A stretch of DNA of 46,717 nt from Thainema sp. (GTDB lineage Bacteria > Cyanobacteriota > Cyanobacteriia > Phormidesmidales > Phormidesmidaceae). The notes under the pieces were generated by a model, which worked only from the letters and a program-made list of their open reading frames with translations, was not told the DNA's origin and searched no databases. The DNA is taken from assembly GCA_052168235.1 (NCBI GenBank), contig JBQLZK010000038.1, positions 1-46,717 on the forward strand, given 5' to 3'. This document shows, in pieces, positions 28,656 to 40,674 of this stretch. Within the stretch, counting starts at the first letter, position 1. The number at the start of each line of letters is the position of its first letter. The position numbers and the translations under genes were made by a program.

Positions 28656-29837
28656 ATGTCCTATCAACAACTCAAAATCTCTACACCAGCGCCTGTGTTC
28701 TCCTGGGCCAATCACGACCTGGGACACGCCGAAATCAGCATGGCGAAAAACGTTGCGTCCCTTCCCTTCGTGTTTAAGCATGTGGCGCTGATGCCCGATG
28801 TGCATCTGGGTAAAGGTGCGCTAGTTGGCTCCGTCATTGCTACCAAAGACGCCATTATTCCGGCAGCAGTCGGCGTAGACATCGGCTGCGGCATGTGCGC
28901 CATTCAAACGCCGTTTCAGGCCGACCAGCTTGACGGCAAGCTGAAGAAAATCCGCTCGGATATTGAAGCGGCGATTCCGACGGGCTTTGACCAGAATAAG
29001 GAGTCCGATAAGCAAGTCGATAACTGGCAGGGCTGGCAGCAGTTCAAAGAGCTGCATTCCGGCGTGCAGCACCTAGCGGGCAAAGCCCAAAAGCAAATGG
29101 GTTCGCTGGGTGGCGGCAACCACTTCATTGAGGTGTGTCTGGATACCAACGATCAGGTGTGGCTGATGCTGCATTCTGGTTCGCGCAATATCGGCAACAT
29201 GCTGGCTCAGAACCACATCAAGACGGCCAAAGAAGTGGCGAAGCTGGCCGAAATGAAGCTACCTGATCCCGATCTGTCCTACTTCGTAGCCGGAACGCCG
29301 GAGTTTGCCGCTTACTGGCGCGATTTGCAGTGGGCGCAGGACTATGCTCGGTTCAACCGTGAGGTGATGATGACTCGCTTCAAGCGAATTGTCGAAAAAC
29401 ACCTGGCAGGCGGCAAGCCAATCAAGCCACTGCTGTCGGTAAACTGCCACCACAACTACGCCGAGCAGGAAACTCACTTTGGCGAAGCGGTGTATGTCAC
29501 CCGCAAGGGAGCCGTGCGCGCTCAAACCAATGACTACGGGATTATTCCCGGTTCAATGGGCACCAAGTCCTACATTGTCAAGGGCAAGGGCCATGCCGAT
29601 AGCTACTGCTCATGCAGCCACGGTGCTGGCCGCACGATGTCCCGTAACCAAGCTAAGAAGCGCTTTTCACTGGATGATCTACTCCAGCAAACCGAAGGCG
29701 TGGAATGTCGTAAGGACAAGGGTGTCTTGGATGAAATTCCAGGTGCCTACAAGCCAATCGATGAGGTGATGGCTAGCCAGTCTGACCTGGTTGAGATCGT
29801 GGCAACCCTAAAGCAGGTCGTCTGCGTGAAAGGCTAG
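28656..29837 (+). CDS. rtcB: RNA-splicing/repair ligase RtcB
   Basis: MPDVH.G, VGVDIGCG, GSLGGGNHF.E, LHSGSR, NCHHNY, RKGA, IPGSMG, HGAGR, DEIP.AYK, KG. Confidence 0.98.
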   Translation: MSYQQLKISTPAPVFSWANHDLGHAEISMAKNVASLPFVFKHVALMPDVHLGKGALVGSVIATKDAIIPAAVGVDIGCGMCAIQTPFQADQLDGKLKKIRSDIEAAIPTGFDQNKESDKQVDNWQGWQQFKELHSGVQHLAGKAQKQMGSLGGGNHFIEVCLDTNDQVWLMLHSGSRNIGNMLAQNHIKTAKEVAKLAEMKLPDPDLSYFVAGTPEFAAYWRDLQWAQDYARFNREVMMTRFKRIVEKHLAGGKPIKPLLSVNCHHNYAEQETHFGEAVYVTRKGAVRAQTNDYGIIPGSMGTKSYIVKGKGHADSYCSCSHGAGRTMSRNQAKKRFSLDDLLQQTEGVECRKDKGVLDEIPGAYKPIDEVMASQSDLVEIVATLKQVVCVKG

Positions 29838-30482
29838 AACAGCTAGCTCTACTAAAGCTCGGATCTGCGATCGCACATCTCACTCCCCATATCCTGTACC
29901 GAAATAACCCGCATGGGTTCTAGCTTTGCTAGGTGCAAGATGTGAAACTTGCCACTGTGAGTGATTTGGGGAACATGTGCGATCGCGGATTATTGCTTTC
30001 CAAATCTCAATTGTTTTTATTTCGCAACATTCTCACTGTCCATTCTGGAATTCTACAGTCAAAAGCCGTATCCCTATCCAGGGAAATGCACTCTACATTT
30101 AAAAAGGATTAGCCCCCATGTTGATTCTCTACATTCGTTTACCTAGACCTCCGAAAAATTTATTTGCTCCGCCTCTGAACGATCAATCAGATAACCGTGA
30201 GGTTAAACCGCTTGATCGCCCGACCGAGGACGAAACGGATCATGAAATTGCTGAACATCCACGCAAGATCCACGTTGATAATTACAAGCGCAACGCTCAA
30301 TCGAACTATTCACTTGAGCGACGGATGTTCTGGTAACACGGTGCTAAAACTTAGTCAGTCATGCGATCGCACTTTCCTAAATAACTTCAGAAAAGTGCGA
30401 TCGCAGCAACAACGTTTAAAGTAAAGAAAGATTTTACTCATAAAAATCAAGCCCGTAATGATGCTGCACCCAATCGGCAAGC

Positions 30483-31160
30483 ATGAAGATTTTGTTGGTT
30501 GAAGATGATTCCCGAATTTCTAAGGCGATCGCAGAAGCGCTAACCGATCAGCGGCATATTGTGGAAACAGCAGACGATGGTGAATTGGGTTTGGCATTTG
30601 CTGAAACCAACACCTTTGACTTAATTGTGCTGGATTTGATGTTGCCGAAGCTTGATGGTATTACGCTCTGTCGTCAGATCCGGGAAGCCGGAGTAACAAC
30701 ACCAATTTTGATGCTGACGGCTCGCGACACCAGCAACGATAAAGTATTAGGGCTAGATGTGGGTGCGGATGACTATGTGGTGAAACCGTTTGACCTACCC
30801 GAACTGTTAGCCCGCATTCGTGCCCTCCTCCGGCGGAGCAGAGTTGCCGCCACCACCATTCTAGAATGGGAACAGCTTAGTCTCGATCCAGATCAGTGTC
30901 AGGTACAGTACTGCGATCGCAGCTTAAACCTAACGCCCAAAGAATATGCGCTCCTAGAGCTATTTCTGCGCAACGGCAGTCGAGTGCTGAGCCGCAGCGC
31001 TATTTTAGAGCGGGTTTGGGCTTTCGAAGATATGCCTGCGGAAGAAACCGTCAAAGTGCATTTACGCAGCCTTCGCCAAAAGCTGAAAGCAGCGGGTGCA
31101 CCCCCTAATTTTATTGAAAACGTCTATGGCTTGGGATATCGGCTCAACCCCAATCTCTAA
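30483..31160 (+). CDS. OmpR-family response regulator
   Basis: REC (LLVEDD, LDLMLP, KPF) plus winged helix (LTPKE, V.G.GY). Confidence 0.96.
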   Translation: MKILLVEDDSRISKAIAEALTDQRHIVETADDGELGLAFAETNTFDLIVLDLMLPKLDGITLCRQIREAGVTTPILMLTARDTSNDKVLGLDVGADDYVVKPFDLPELLARIRALLRRSRVAATTILEWEQLSLDPDQCQVQYCDRSLNLTPKEYALLELFLRNGSRVLSRSAILERVWAFEDMPAEETVKVHLRSLRQKLKAAGAPPNFIENVYGLGYRLNPNL

Positions 31161-32715
31161 TCAGCGGTTTGGTCAACTGCGCAATCGGCTGCTGCTGTCC
31201 TACCTAGCGGTGATTATGCTGATTGTCGGGGCGTTTTCAATAGCCGTGTATCTGCTCGTCGCCCGCGATCGCAATCAGCAGTTGGACATGCAACTACGCC
31301 AAGTTGCCAGTACAGCAGCCAGTAGTCTGGACATTCTGCGCCATGAACAGGCAGAATGGCAGGCCAGAAATCGGGCAGACGAAACCCACAACTCAAGCCA
31401 AGCAGGCAAAACACAATCCACCAATCCCTATCTAGAGCACAGGGATGCTGACGATGGTTGGGATGTAGACGACGAATACGCGGAGTTTCGATCTAGCAGC
31501 TCCAATCAACAGCAGCGGGACGAAGACCTAGACCATCAATCTTTCAACCCAGAGCAAAACCGACTGGCGAATGAGGATAGTCGAGTAGCGGATCGCTCTG
31601 CTCCAGCTCCGTTCTCTGACTCAATTGAGAACGACAGGGTTCACTCAATCACGAATCTGGCTGCTGATCCGCACATCCTGAATCATCAAGGGGTTGAGTG
31701 GTTTGATGATCGGCAACAATTGATTGTGCGGGAGGGTGATCTCTTTCCCTCCCAGTCTCTGCTATCTGACGATCTATCCACAGCGCAATGGATACAGCAG
31801 GGCGATATTCGCAGCTTTATCCTGCCTGTTTATCGCGATGCACCCTCGGGTCAATCCTATCTGCTGGGCTATGTGCGAGCGAGTGAATCAACTCGCCATC
31901 TTGATCGGGAACTAGCTCAGTTGCGGGAGGGGTTAGCGCTGGGCGCTTTCATTATTTCGGGACTCGTTACGCTGGGCGGAGTTTGGTTAACTCGCGAGGC
32001 GCTAAAACCTGTGTTGATCAGTTTTGATCAGCTCAAGCAGTTTACGGCAGATGCGTCCCACGAATTGCGCAATCCACTGACGGCTATTCGTGCCTCGATT
32101 GCCGTCATGCAAACCCATCCGGAACGGATTCATCCAGCCGATGCGGACAAGCTAAGTGCGATCGCAAGCGCCTCTGTTCAAATGAGCCAGTTAATCGATG
32201 ATTTATTGCTGCTGGCCCGCATGGATCGGCAAGCCCCAGATCGGCAGGCATGGCACCCGATTCCCCTGGATGAGCTACTAGAGGATCTGGTGAATGTGTA
32301 TCATGACCAGGCAGAACAGGCCAACATTGGGTTGAAGCTTCAGCTCACTGATGCCTTAGAAGTGGTAGGAGATGCGGCTCAGCTCCAGCGCTTATTTACC
32401 AATCTGCTCACCAATGCTCTACGCTATACGCCCACAGGTGGCACCGTCACGGTTTCACTCCAGCGCAGCGGTGGTCAAGCCGTAATCAATATTCAAGATA
32501 CTGGTATTGGTATCGCACCAGAACAACTGCCTCATATTTTTGATCGCTTCTGGCGAGCCGACTCCGCCCGTAGCCAGCATGATGGTGGCATCGGACTCGG
32601 ACTTGCGATCGCAAAAGCTGTCGTTCAGCGGCATGACGGCAGTATCACGGTACAAAGCAAACTGGGGGCTGGCAGTTGCTTCCAAGTCAAACTGCCATTA
32701 GCCGCAAAGACATGA
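31126..32715 (+). CDS. Sensor histidine kinase (two TM segments, HisKA, HATPase)
   Basis: FTADASHELRNPL, NLLTNALRY, DTGIGI, F.RF.R, G.GLGL; start overlaps the regulator and is uncertain. Confidence 0.93.
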   Translation: MAWDIGSTPISNQRFGQLRNRLLLSYLAVIMLIVGAFSIAVYLLVARDRNQQLDMQLRQVASTAASSLDILRHEQAEWQARNRADETHNSSQAGKTQSTNPYLEHRDADDGWDVDDEYAEFRSSSSNQQQRDEDLDHQSFNPEQNRLANEDSRVADRSAPAPFSDSIENDRVHSITNLAADPHILNHQGVEWFDDRQQLIVREGDLFPSQSLLSDDLSTAQWIQQGDIRSFILPVYRDAPSGQSYLLGYVRASESTRHLDRELAQLREGLALGAFIISGLVTLGGVWLTREALKPVLISFDQLKQFTADASHELRNPLTAIRASIAVMQTHPERIHPADADKLSAIASASVQMSQLIDDLLLLARMDRQAPDRQAWHPIPLDELLEDLVNVYHDQAEQANIGLKLQLTDALEVVGDAAQLQRLFTNLLTNALRYTPTGGTVTVSLQRSGGQAVINIQDTGIGIAPEQLPHIFDRFWRADSARSQHDGGIGLGLAIAKAVVQRHDGSITVQSKLGAGSCFQVKLPLAAKT

Positions 32716-32785
32716 GGTTAATCAATCTGATCTTTCCCGGATCTTTACTTTTTCAGCATTACCATCGCCTCAACTGATATGAGGT

Positions 32786-33367
32786 ATGTTGATGAACTTT
32801 CGCAAACTGCACCGCAAAATAGCGCCCATTCTCTTCCTTCCCCTACTGCTCACTGCTCTGACCGGAGTTGTTTATCGGCTTGGAAGAAACTGGTTTGGTC
32901 TACCCAATGCAGCAGCGGAATTCATGATGACAATCCATGAAGGTCGTTTTTTAGGGCAGGCACTTGTACCGATTTATGTCTTACTAATGGGTTTGGGCTT
33001 ACTTGGGCTGCTTGCAACGGGACTGGTGATGATCATCAAGCGTAAACCCAGCAAGGCCAAAGCCAGTTCTAAAAGAGATTGGCGATGGTATCATCGCTTC
33101 GTTGCACCAATTGCTTTACTACCTTTACTTGTCAGTGCGATAACCGGGATTGGTTATCGTTTGGGCAAAGCATGGTTTGGATTGTCGAACGAGCAAGCTG
33201 CAATCCTGTTAAGGCTACATCAGGGTTCATATTTAGGTGATGCACTTAAACCTGTTTATGTGCTGCTCGTTGGCATTGGATTAATTGTTCTTCTGGTTTC
33301 CGGTATTCAAATGACAGGCATTGTTCGCAAACGTCCTAGCTCTTTAGTTACTCGAAAAGGGAACTAA
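32786..33367 (+). CDS. PepSY-associated TM (His-containing) membrane protein, internally duplicated
   Basis: Two repeats of R..HR..AP...LPLL..A.TG..YRLG..WFG.......L..H.G..LG. Confidence 0.8.
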   Translation: MLMNFRKLHRKIAPILFLPLLLTALTGVVYRLGRNWFGLPNAAAEFMMTIHEGRFLGQALVPIYVLLMGLGLLGLLATGLVMIIKRKPSKAKASSKRDWRWYHRFVAPIALLPLLVSAITGIGYRLGKAWFGLSNEQAAILLRLHQGSYLGDALKPVYVLLVGIGLIVLLVSGIQMTGIVRKRPSSLVTRKGN

Positions 33368-33402
33368 CACTAAGCCCAGCTTAAACTCGTAGATTGTTAT
33401 TT

Positions 33403-33456
33403 AGACGTTATGATTTATAAGATCCGACAGGTAGGATCTCATAAATCATAACGTCT
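33403..33456. terminator. Long inverted repeat between convergent genes
   Basis: AGACGTTATGATTTAT.AGATCC...GGATCT.ATAAATCATAACGTCT. Confidence 0.6.
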
Positions 33457-33498
33457 TGTTTTAGTAGCAAATGTAAGAAATGTTGGACAAAATCCCTA

Positions 33499-34791
33499 CT
33501 ACTGGGCGATGGGCAATTGAATAATAAACTCCGTCCCGTGGCCCAGTTCAGATTTCACCTCTAGGGTGCCATTATGTTTTTCGGTGACAATTTGATGTGC
33601 GATCGCAAGTCCTAATCCAGTTCCTTTACCTACATCTTTTGTTGTAAACAGCTGATCGAAAATTCGAGCCTTCACATCTTCAGTCATGCCTTTGCCGTTG
33701 TCACGGATGCGAATTTCAACTAGCTTTCGTTCTGATACCGATCTGGTTTGAATCTCAATTTTTTGAGGCTTTGATTTCAACTCATCAAATGAATAGCTCT
33801 GAGCCGCTTCATCAAAAACATCGATTGCATTGGCCAGAATATTCATAAACACTTGGTTTATCTGTCCAGGGAAACATTCTACTTGAGGCAATTCACCGTA
33901 CTCTTGAATAATATCAATCGCAGGACGATGCTCATCCGCTTTAATCCGATATTTAAGCATCAGTAATGTACTATCAATTCCTTCATGAATGTCGGTACAG
34001 ACCTTGTATTCTGTATCAGCCCGCGAGAAAGTTCGTAGACTCGTGCTGATTGACTTGATACGGTCAGTTGCGCCCTGCATGGAGTCAAGCAGCTTGGGCA
34101 GATCTTCAGCTAAAAATTCAATATCAATCTCTTCAGCTTTTTTAACCACAGGATCAGCCTCATCCTGATGATGCTGTTGGCAGAGTTCAATATAGTCTAA
34201 TAAGTCTTGAACATACTCTTTAGCGTTGTTGATACTACCATTGAGAAAGCCAATAGGATTATTAACTTCATGGGCTACACCCGCAACTAAGCTACCCAAA
34301 GAAGCCATCTTTTCGCCTTGAATAAGCTGGAGCTGATAGCGAGAGAGCTGATCCAAAGCCGCTTGCAGCTCAGCCGTTCGTTCTGCAACTCGTTGTTCCA
34401 GCCGCTTTGTGAAAGAGTTTAACTGTAAATGGGTTTGTACCCGCATTAACAGCTCTGCCTCTTGAAACGGCTTTGTAATATAGTCAACTGCCCCCAACGA
34501 AAACCCCTTGATTTTACTATCTGCATCGGCAAGAGCCGTCATGAAAATAATCGGGATATCGGCAGTTTCTGCATCTAATTTAAGCTGTTGACAAGTTTCA
34601 AATCCATCCATCCCTGGCATTTGAATATCGAGCAAAATCAAATCTGGCCGACAGGTTTGAATGCGCTTTAACGCCCGATCGCCGCTGATAGAAGTTGAAA
34701 CTGTATATCCTGCTTGAGATAAGGTTTCTGTGGCTATTTCTAGGTTTGCAGGTTTGTCATCCACCACTAGGATCGTCGCGCTATTCGACAT
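33499..34791 (-). CDS. Hybrid receiver-histidine kinase
   Basis: N-terminal [36 protein letters not shown]. Confidence 0.95.
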   Translation of the reverse strand: MSNSATILVVDDKPANLEIATETLSQAGYTVSTSISGDRALKRIQTCRPDLILLDIQMPGMDGFETCQQLKLDAETADIPIIFMTALADADSKIKGFSLGAVDYITKPFQEAELLMRVQTHLQLNSFTKRLEQRVAERTAELQAALDQLSRYQLQLIQGEKMASLGSLVAGVAHEVNNPIGFLNGSINNAKEYVQDLLDYIELCQQHHQDEADPVVKKAEEIDIEFLAEDLPKLLDSMQGATDRIKSISTSLRTFSRADTEYKVCTDIHEGIDSTLLMLKYRIKADEHRPAIDIIQEYGELPQVECFPGQINQVFMNILANAIDVFDEAAQSYSFDELKSKPQKIEIQTRSVSERKLVEIRIRDNGKGMTEDVKARIFDQLFTTKDVGKGTGLGLAIAHQIVTEKHNGTLEVKSELGHGTEFIIQLPIAQ

Positions 34792-37399
34792 GCGTTAGTC
34801 CTCCCTCTAAATACTGTTGCAGTAGCTCCTCAATTTCTTCGGCTTGAAACTGCTTGGCTAGCGAAAGAATCGGTTCAACAAAAGGGGCGTACTTCTGATC
34901 AGTATTCACAAGTTGCTCTAGCTGATTGCGCAGAGCGAAAAGATTAGCCTGCTGGGTAAGTTCTAGTAATTCTTTTAGGGTTTGATTTGGTGGTACAACT
35001 AATTCAGTCGGTGCCATAGTCTGCGCTAAATCTGTTTCTAAAGGCTCATAGAGCCAGTGAATGTTCAAATGATCAGACAGCAACTGAAATAGAACTTTGG
35101 CATCGACAGGTTTAGACAGGAAATCATCACCGCCGCTATCAAGTGCCATCTGTTGATCTAGTTGAGCAACCGAGGCAGAGGACACAATGACCTTACTTTG
35201 CTTGAGATCATAGCTGGTTCGAATGTGTTTCAAAAATTCAAACCCATCCATAACGGGCATTGCTAAATCCGTAATCACCAGATCAGGTTGCTCAGACCGC
35301 AGGCGCTCTAAACCCTCTTGACCGTTCTCAGCTTCGATAATTGTAAAGCCAAGGGGAGCGAGGAGATTCAGCAATACGGTGCGATTTTCCCAGCGATCAT
35401 CCACAACCAAAATAGTTTGTCGGTCTCCGGTATAGCCAATAATGCGATCGCACTTGTCAGAGTCATCTTGATGTCGTACCCAGTCCTCAACCAGCGGCAA
35501 ATTAATCGTAAAAAAGAACTCACTACCAGTCCCCAACTGACTTCTGACCTGGATTTCGCCGCCCATCAGTTGCACAATCCGCTGACTGATCGCGAGGCCA
35601 AGCCCTGTTCCTTCTGCCTGCTTTTTGCGATCGCCCACCTGCTCAAACGCTTGGAACAGCTTGGTACAGTCTGCCTCGGCAATTCCGACTCCCGTATCGA
35701 TCACCTGAAACAGCAACGATGCTTCCGTCTTGGAACAATCGAGCACGTCAACTCGTAGGGTCACGGAACCCTGATCGGTAAACTTAATTGCGTTGCCCAG
35801 TAAATTAATCAGAACCTGCCGCAGCCGCTTCTCATCAGCTTTGACCCCTTCCGGCAAACGAGAGCTGATCTGATAGACAAACTCAATCCCTTTTTGCTCT
35901 GCCCGAATTCGGCAAATTTCCACCACGCTTTGCAGCAGAGCAGGCAAATAGAGCGCTTTTGAGGTCAGTTCTAACTTGCGGGCTTCAATTTTAGACAGAT
36001 CCAAAATGTCGTTAATCAGCATCAGCAAATGGGAGCCACACTGGTGGATTACGTTTACTCCGTGCAGTTCCTTCTCGGGCAAGATTTTTGAGCGTTGCAA
36101 AATCTGGGCGTAGCCCAAAATTCCGTTGAGCGGTGTGCGTAACTCATGGCTCATATTGGCCAAGAAGTCGCTTTTTGCTTGGTTGGCCGCATCGGCCTGC
36201 TCTTTCGCCTGCGCCAGTTCAGCCGTCCGTTCGGCCACCCGATGCTCCAGGTTGGTGAATGAAGCCTTGAGCTGACTAGCCATCTGATTGAAGGTTTGGG
36301 CCAGCTTACCCACTTCATCCTCAGTTAGGACTGGCACGGTTTGCGTCAGATCACCTTCAGCCAACCGACTAGCGGCTATGCCAATCGCCACGATTGGCCG
36401 TGTAATCCGCCGGGAGAGAACATACACTCCAATCAGCAGCACACCCGATGACAGAAACCCAATCACAAGAATATTGCGAGCCAACTGTTGGGCGGGCAAA
36501 AAGGCTTGAGCCTGACTGATCTCTGCGATTAAGGCCAGGTTTTGTTCCGGAAGCCAGCGGTAGATGCCAACAACAGGAACTCCTTGATAGTTGTCGTAAT
36601 AGCCAAATCCACTTTGCTGAGCGATGGCTCGCTCAATGCCTTCGCTGCTAATGCTTTCGGTCGTAGAGTCGGTCTCATCAGCCTGATCCTGGTCAGTTTC
36701 CTGCTTAGAAACAAAGATAGTCTTGCCCTTGGCCCGACCCACTAAATAGGTTTCTGCCGTTTTGCCCAAGCCTGTATTGTCCCGAATGAGCGTATCCACT
36801 TCATCCAGGTCGAAATCGGCAACCAGAGCGGCCATTCGCTCATTCTGATCGTCCATAATTGGCGTGGCTACGGTAATTGCAGCTTTCTGAGTGGCAGGCG
36901 AAATATAGAAATTCGGCACCACCACATCAACGCGATCGCGAGTAAAATAGGTGGCCGGATCACCCAAAGGACGATATTGGCCTTCTAGATTCGGATCATC
37001 GGACGCAAAAACCACAAAGCCGCTATTCCGGGTAATCCGAATACTGCGTAGGTTGGGTTTAATTTCAGTCAGTTCAGCCACGTGCTGAGTGAGAGCAGCG
37101 TGAGCCGCTTGATAGGCTGGCTGAGCGGGATCGGTTGTGAGCAGAGTTGCAACAGTGGCTTGAATTTCGCCTTCCTGGCTGACGATCAGGATGTCGCGCA
37201 GTTGGTCTTCGACCCACTTATCGAGCTGATAGCCCTTGAGCTGAGCGGCAACCGTGAGTCGGTTAATCACCTCGGTTTCTAACGAACTGCGAGCCTGAAA
37301 ATAGGAGCCAACGGCAACGGCACTGACGGTAATAATAGAAAGTACCGAAAAATAGCTGACCAATTGAGTCAGCAAGCTTTTATTCAACCAACTTTTCAT
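34781..37399 (-). CDS. Hybrid sensor kinase (Cache-like, HAMP, HisKA, HATPase, REC)
   Basis: Two TM segments, [42 protein letters not shown] at 37399 overlaps the upstream stop (ATGA). Confidence 0.95.
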   Translation of the reverse strand: MKSWLNKSLLTQLVSYFSVLSIITVSAVAVGSYFQARSSLETEVINRLTVAAQLKGYQLDKWVEDQLRDILIVSQEGEIQATVATLLTTDPAQPAYQAAHAALTQHVAELTEIKPNLRSIRITRNSGFVVFASDDPNLEGQYRPLGDPATYFTRDRVDVVVPNFYISPATQKAAITVATPIMDDQNERMAALVADFDLDEVDTLIRDNTGLGKTAETYLVGRAKGKTIFVSKQETDQDQADETDSTTESISSEGIERAIAQQSGFGYYDNYQGVPVVGIYRWLPEQNLALIAEISQAQAFLPAQQLARNILVIGFLSSGVLLIGVYVLSRRITRPIVAIGIAASRLAEGDLTQTVPVLTEDEVGKLAQTFNQMASQLKASFTNLEHRVAERTAELAQAKEQADAANQAKSDFLANMSHELRTPLNGILGYAQILQRSKILPEKELHGVNVIHQCGSHLLMLINDILDLSKIEARKLELTSKALYLPALLQSVVEICRIRAEQKGIEFVYQISSRLPEGVKADEKRLRQVLINLLGNAIKFTDQGSVTLRVDVLDCSKTEASLLFQVIDTGVGIAEADCTKLFQAFEQVGDRKKQAEGTGLGLAISQRIVQLMGGEIQVRSQLGTGSEFFFTINLPLVEDWVRHQDDSDKCDRIIGYTGDRQTILVVDDRWENRTVLLNLLAPLGFTIIEAENGQEGLERLRSEQPDLVITDLAMPVMDGFEFLKHIRTSYDLKQSKVIVSSASVAQLDQQMALDSGGDDFLSKPVDAKVLFQLLSDHLNIHWLYEPLETDLAQTMAPTELVVPPNQTLKELLELTQQANLFALRNQLEQLVNTDQKYAPFVEPILSLAKQFQAEEIEELLQQYLEGGLTHVE

Positions 37400-38844
37400 G
37401 CGGTTTGCTCCCATTCCGTCCAGATATTCTTCATTTGCTCGATGCCCCAATCCGTAGCTTCTGTAGCAGAGGCTTTATCTTTCAAAACCTTGAGTACGGT
37501 TTTGGCCCAAAGCTGCTGGCTTTGCACTTCGCTAAACGCCGAATGCGTTACCTCGTAAGGCGTCAGGCTGGGCAGGTCGTAAATCTTGAGGGCAGTGGCC
37601 AGATGCGGATCGGTCGTGTCGCTCCACAGCGAGTTCTCCAAAAGCTGCGGCATTACTGGCATCACCCGCCCCTTAAAGCCGGTAATCAACTGATTCAAGT
37701 TTTGCGGCTCGATCAGATAAGCTAGAAAATCCTTAGCGGCATCAGGATGGGGACAAGCTTTGGGCACAATAGCCTGCTTAATTCCTTTGCGAGTAAATAA
37801 ATCAGTACCGTCGGGCTTTTGCGGTCGCCCTATCGTGACCATCTGCTTATAGCGCGTATCCGCATCTTGGTTGTACTGATTGAGCGGCAGTTTCTGTGTC
37901 AGCGGAATCGATAAGGTAAGGTTCTGCGTCATCAAGATGCCGCCATCAATGAAGCTGCTGTTGTTGCCGCCGCCCGTCCAGTCCAATGCTGCAGGCGGCA
38001 CATAGCCATCCAAGAAGAAGCGAGTATATTCGTCAACTGCGATCGCCATCCGCTGCCGATTTTCCGGTGTTTCCAGCAAAAAGTCACCCTCGGCATTTAC
38101 CACTTCCACGTTGTAGGCATCAAGGAACATCATCAGGCAGGTGTAGGTGTCAAAGCCAATGTCCGACATGCATAAGCCCACGCTATAGATATCGGGATGG
38201 TCTTGCGATCGCAACTTTGCCTGCGCATCCCGCCAAAACGCCCAAAAGGGTTCCCAAGCCATCGGCACGTCAGGCCCCAGGTCAATGGCTTCCAGCAGAT
38301 TGCCCCAATAGTGAATGTAATCTTCTGCCTGCCACAGCGGTAAAGCGTAGTAGCTGCGTTCTCCCTGCACCTTGTTTTGATAGTTCACTTGGGCAAGAGC
38401 AACGTCAGTGTAGCGATTTTTAATTGGTGAAATAACATCTGACAAATCCAGTAGCTGATCCCGCCAAGCCAGTCTGGGGGCCAGTCCTGCATCCACGCCA
38501 ACCGAGTAAACAATATCCGGCATTTGGGAATTATCCGGTTCCATGACTAACCGAGAAAGCTGCTGATCAATCAAGTCAATGGGAAGCAGCTTTAAGTTCA
38601 CGGTCATGCCCGTCTGTTGTTCCCAAGCCCGCACAACTTGGGCCACCTGCTCATTTTCTTCCGGTAGGAATCCTTGCTCCCACCAAATGGTTAAATCGGT
38701 ATCCGAACTTGAGTTGGACGCATAGATTGTAGACGTTGAACTAGAGGTTGAACTAAGTGGAGTTTGAGACTGTGCTGTGCAGTTAGCTAATCCAAGTCCT
38801 AAGCTAAACAGGGACAGCCGCGTAAAGTTGCGCCGGGTGAGCAT
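37396..38844 (-). CDS. ABC-type extracellular solute-binding lipoprotein (Tat signal)
   Basis: TRRNF Tat motif, LANC lipobox, LTIWW..G..PEE, sugar-binding-family features. Confidence 0.85.
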   Translation of the reverse strand: MLTRRNFTRLSLFSLGLGLANCTAQSQTPLSSTSSSTSTIYASNSSSDTDLTIWWEQGFLPEENEQVAQVVRAWEQQTGMTVNLKLLPIDLIDQQLSRLVMEPDNSQMPDIVYSVGVDAGLAPRLAWRDQLLDLSDVISPIKNRYTDVALAQVNYQNKVQGERSYYALPLWQAEDYIHYWGNLLEAIDLGPDVPMAWEPFWAFWRDAQAKLRSQDHPDIYSVGLCMSDIGFDTYTCLMMFLDAYNVEVVNAEGDFLLETPENRQRMAIAVDEYTRFFLDGYVPPAALDWTGGGNNSSFIDGGILMTQNLTLSIPLTQKLPLNQYNQDADTRYKQMVTIGRPQKPDGTDLFTRKGIKQAIVPKACPHPDAAKDFLAYLIEPQNLNQLITGFKGRVMPVMPQLLENSLWSDTTDPHLATALKIYDLPSLTPYEVTHSAFSEVQSQQLWAKTVLKVLKDKASATEATDWGIEQMKNIWTEWEQTA

Positions 38845-38994
38845 AGTAGTTAGTCGTAAATGTAGCCAATAGGATCACTATATGGTTATGCAGAATTGTC
38901 ATAACATTACATATAGTATTCACTCTTTCTAGAGAGAAATAACATTTGATGCCCTAGTCAGGCAAGAAAATAATGCTCGATGCCTTTTCCCCCC

Positions 38995-39025
38995 TTGCAC
39001 CTCACGTAGCGTCAGGTTCTAGGAT
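38995..39025 (+). promoter_or_regulatory. MerR/TipA-type promoter with 19-bp spacer and dyad
   Basis: TTGCAC-N19-TAGGAT; dyad ACCTCACG-TAG-CGTCAGGT. Confidence 0.8.
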
Positions 39026-39071
39026 GCAGATATCAACCGCATTCATTCGGTCATCAGCGACCGAAGCAATC

Positions 39072-40274
39072 ATGTCAAACCTGATGAAAATTGGTGAACT
39101 GGCCCAGCAGACCGGACTCACTATCCGCACCCTGCATCACTATGACGATATTGGCTTACTCTCTCCGTCCCGTCGCAGTGAGGCTGGCCATCGGCTTTAC
39201 AGCGATCAGGACATCATGCGTCTACAGCAAATTTTGTCGCTGCGACAGCTTGGTTTTTCACTGGATGAAATCCGCCAGTGTCTCGAAAACCCAGACTATG
39301 CCCTGCCGCAGGTGATTGATCTGCATTGCGATCGCATTCGCCAGCAGATCCAACTGTCTCATACCTTACTGGAACGGTTGAACAGCATTGCTCAAGAGCT
39401 GGAAACTACCAAATCGGTTGCGGTTGAAAACCTGATTCAAGCAATGGAGACGATTACTATGTCTGAGCACTATTTTACGCCGGAGCAACAAGTTGTTCTC
39501 GATCATCGCTTTCAGGCAATACAAGCCAACTGGCAGGAAATGCTCGGTTTGGCTCACGATGTCATGCGGGACGGTACAAAGCTGAGCAGTGTTAAGGTTC
39601 ATGCCCTGGCTGGCTACTGGCAGCAGATGATGAAGTCGCTGATTGGTGGCAATGCTCAACTGTACGAGTCGTTCACCAAGCTCTATCAGCACGAGGGAGC
39701 AGAAGCGATTAGTCGGGGCGATTTAGACGCAGCGACATTCGAATATATTCTCAAAGCGGTTGCCTTTGCATCGCTAACGGAAGATCTAAAGCTGCACTTT
39801 TCGGAGCAAAACTATACGCCCGAAGCACTACAGGTGATGCAATTGGGAGATGAGGCTGTCTTCGCACTGAATCTTGATGTGTTGGGCACAGAAGGAATAC
39901 TGCTCGGTCTGCTGGCAGAGGGTGCTAATCTTGCTGCACAGGTGCTTACAGCCGCAGGTGTGACTTTTGATGCTGCTCAGCATGAGATTGTACAGCTCCT
40001 GGGAGAACGCCCCGATCCACCGTCCGATATGCCTAGACCGGATCAGCTACCGTTAGCACCCAGAGCGAAACGGGTGCTGGAGCTGGCTCGTGAGCAGGCA
40101 GAGGTATACCATCAATCACATATCGCTCCAGAGCATTTATTACTGGGCATTTTGCAAGAAGATGCAGAAACGCCTGAGCAGTATACGGGAGTGGCTGTTC
40201 GAATCCTTAAAGATCGATTTGCGATTAATCTGGCCCAGATGGAGCAGCAGATCAAAGCCGCAATCATGCAGTAG
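39072..40274 (+). CDS. MerR (TipA-like) regulator fused to a C-terminal Clp N-terminal repeat domain
   Basis: IGELA...GLTIRTLHHYD..GLL.P.R...G.R.Y; middle TipAS-like region; two Clp_N repeats (GTEGILLGLL, PRAKRVLELA..EHLLLGIL). Confidence 0.88.
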   Translation: MSNLMKIGELAQQTGLTIRTLHHYDDIGLLSPSRRSEAGHRLYSDQDIMRLQQILSLRQLGFSLDEIRQCLENPDYALPQVIDLHCDRIRQQIQLSHTLLERLNSIAQELETTKSVAVENLIQAMETITMSEHYFTPEQQVVLDHRFQAIQANWQEMLGLAHDVMRDGTKLSSVKVHALAGYWQQMMKSLIGGNAQLYESFTKLYQHEGAEAISRGDLDAATFEYILKAVAFASLTEDLKLHFSEQNYTPEALQVMQLGDEAVFALNLDVLGTEGILLGLLAEGANLAAQVLTAAGVTFDAAQHEIVQLLGERPDPPSDMPRPDQLPLAPRAKRVLELAREQAEVYHQSHIAPEHLLLGILQEDAETPEQYTGVAVRILKDRFAINLAQMEQQIKAAIMQ

Positions 40275-40674
40275 GGCTATGCTAAACACGTTTTGATGGT
40301 TGGTGTGTTGTGCGAAGCACAACACACCAACCATCGAAATTCATATCAAAACTTATTGCAGCAAACGAGATGGTTGAGTAGGAGGCCATTCTTGAAACCC
40401 CTGCACAGCAAGAATTTCAAAAATAGCTGATGTCCTAACTAACCCTTCCAGCGCAATATATCAAAACTCAGCAGAATAAAGGTGGTAGACGAGTAGCAAT
40501 TCAGCCCTAAGCCAGAGTATAAAATGAGTTCAGCATATTGAACGAAACGCCACTAACACGATTTATGGTTTCGCTGCCCGCCACTTTAACAAAGCCCATC
40601 CGCTGATAGAGATTGAGCGCTGGATTTATCGGCTGCGATTAAGGCGCGTACAGTGTAATTCATCATTCAGCTCG

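Noticed and set aside
29961..30424. Short ORFs between rtcB and the response regulator
   Set aside because: No recognisable motif or clear SD; none can be supported as a gene.
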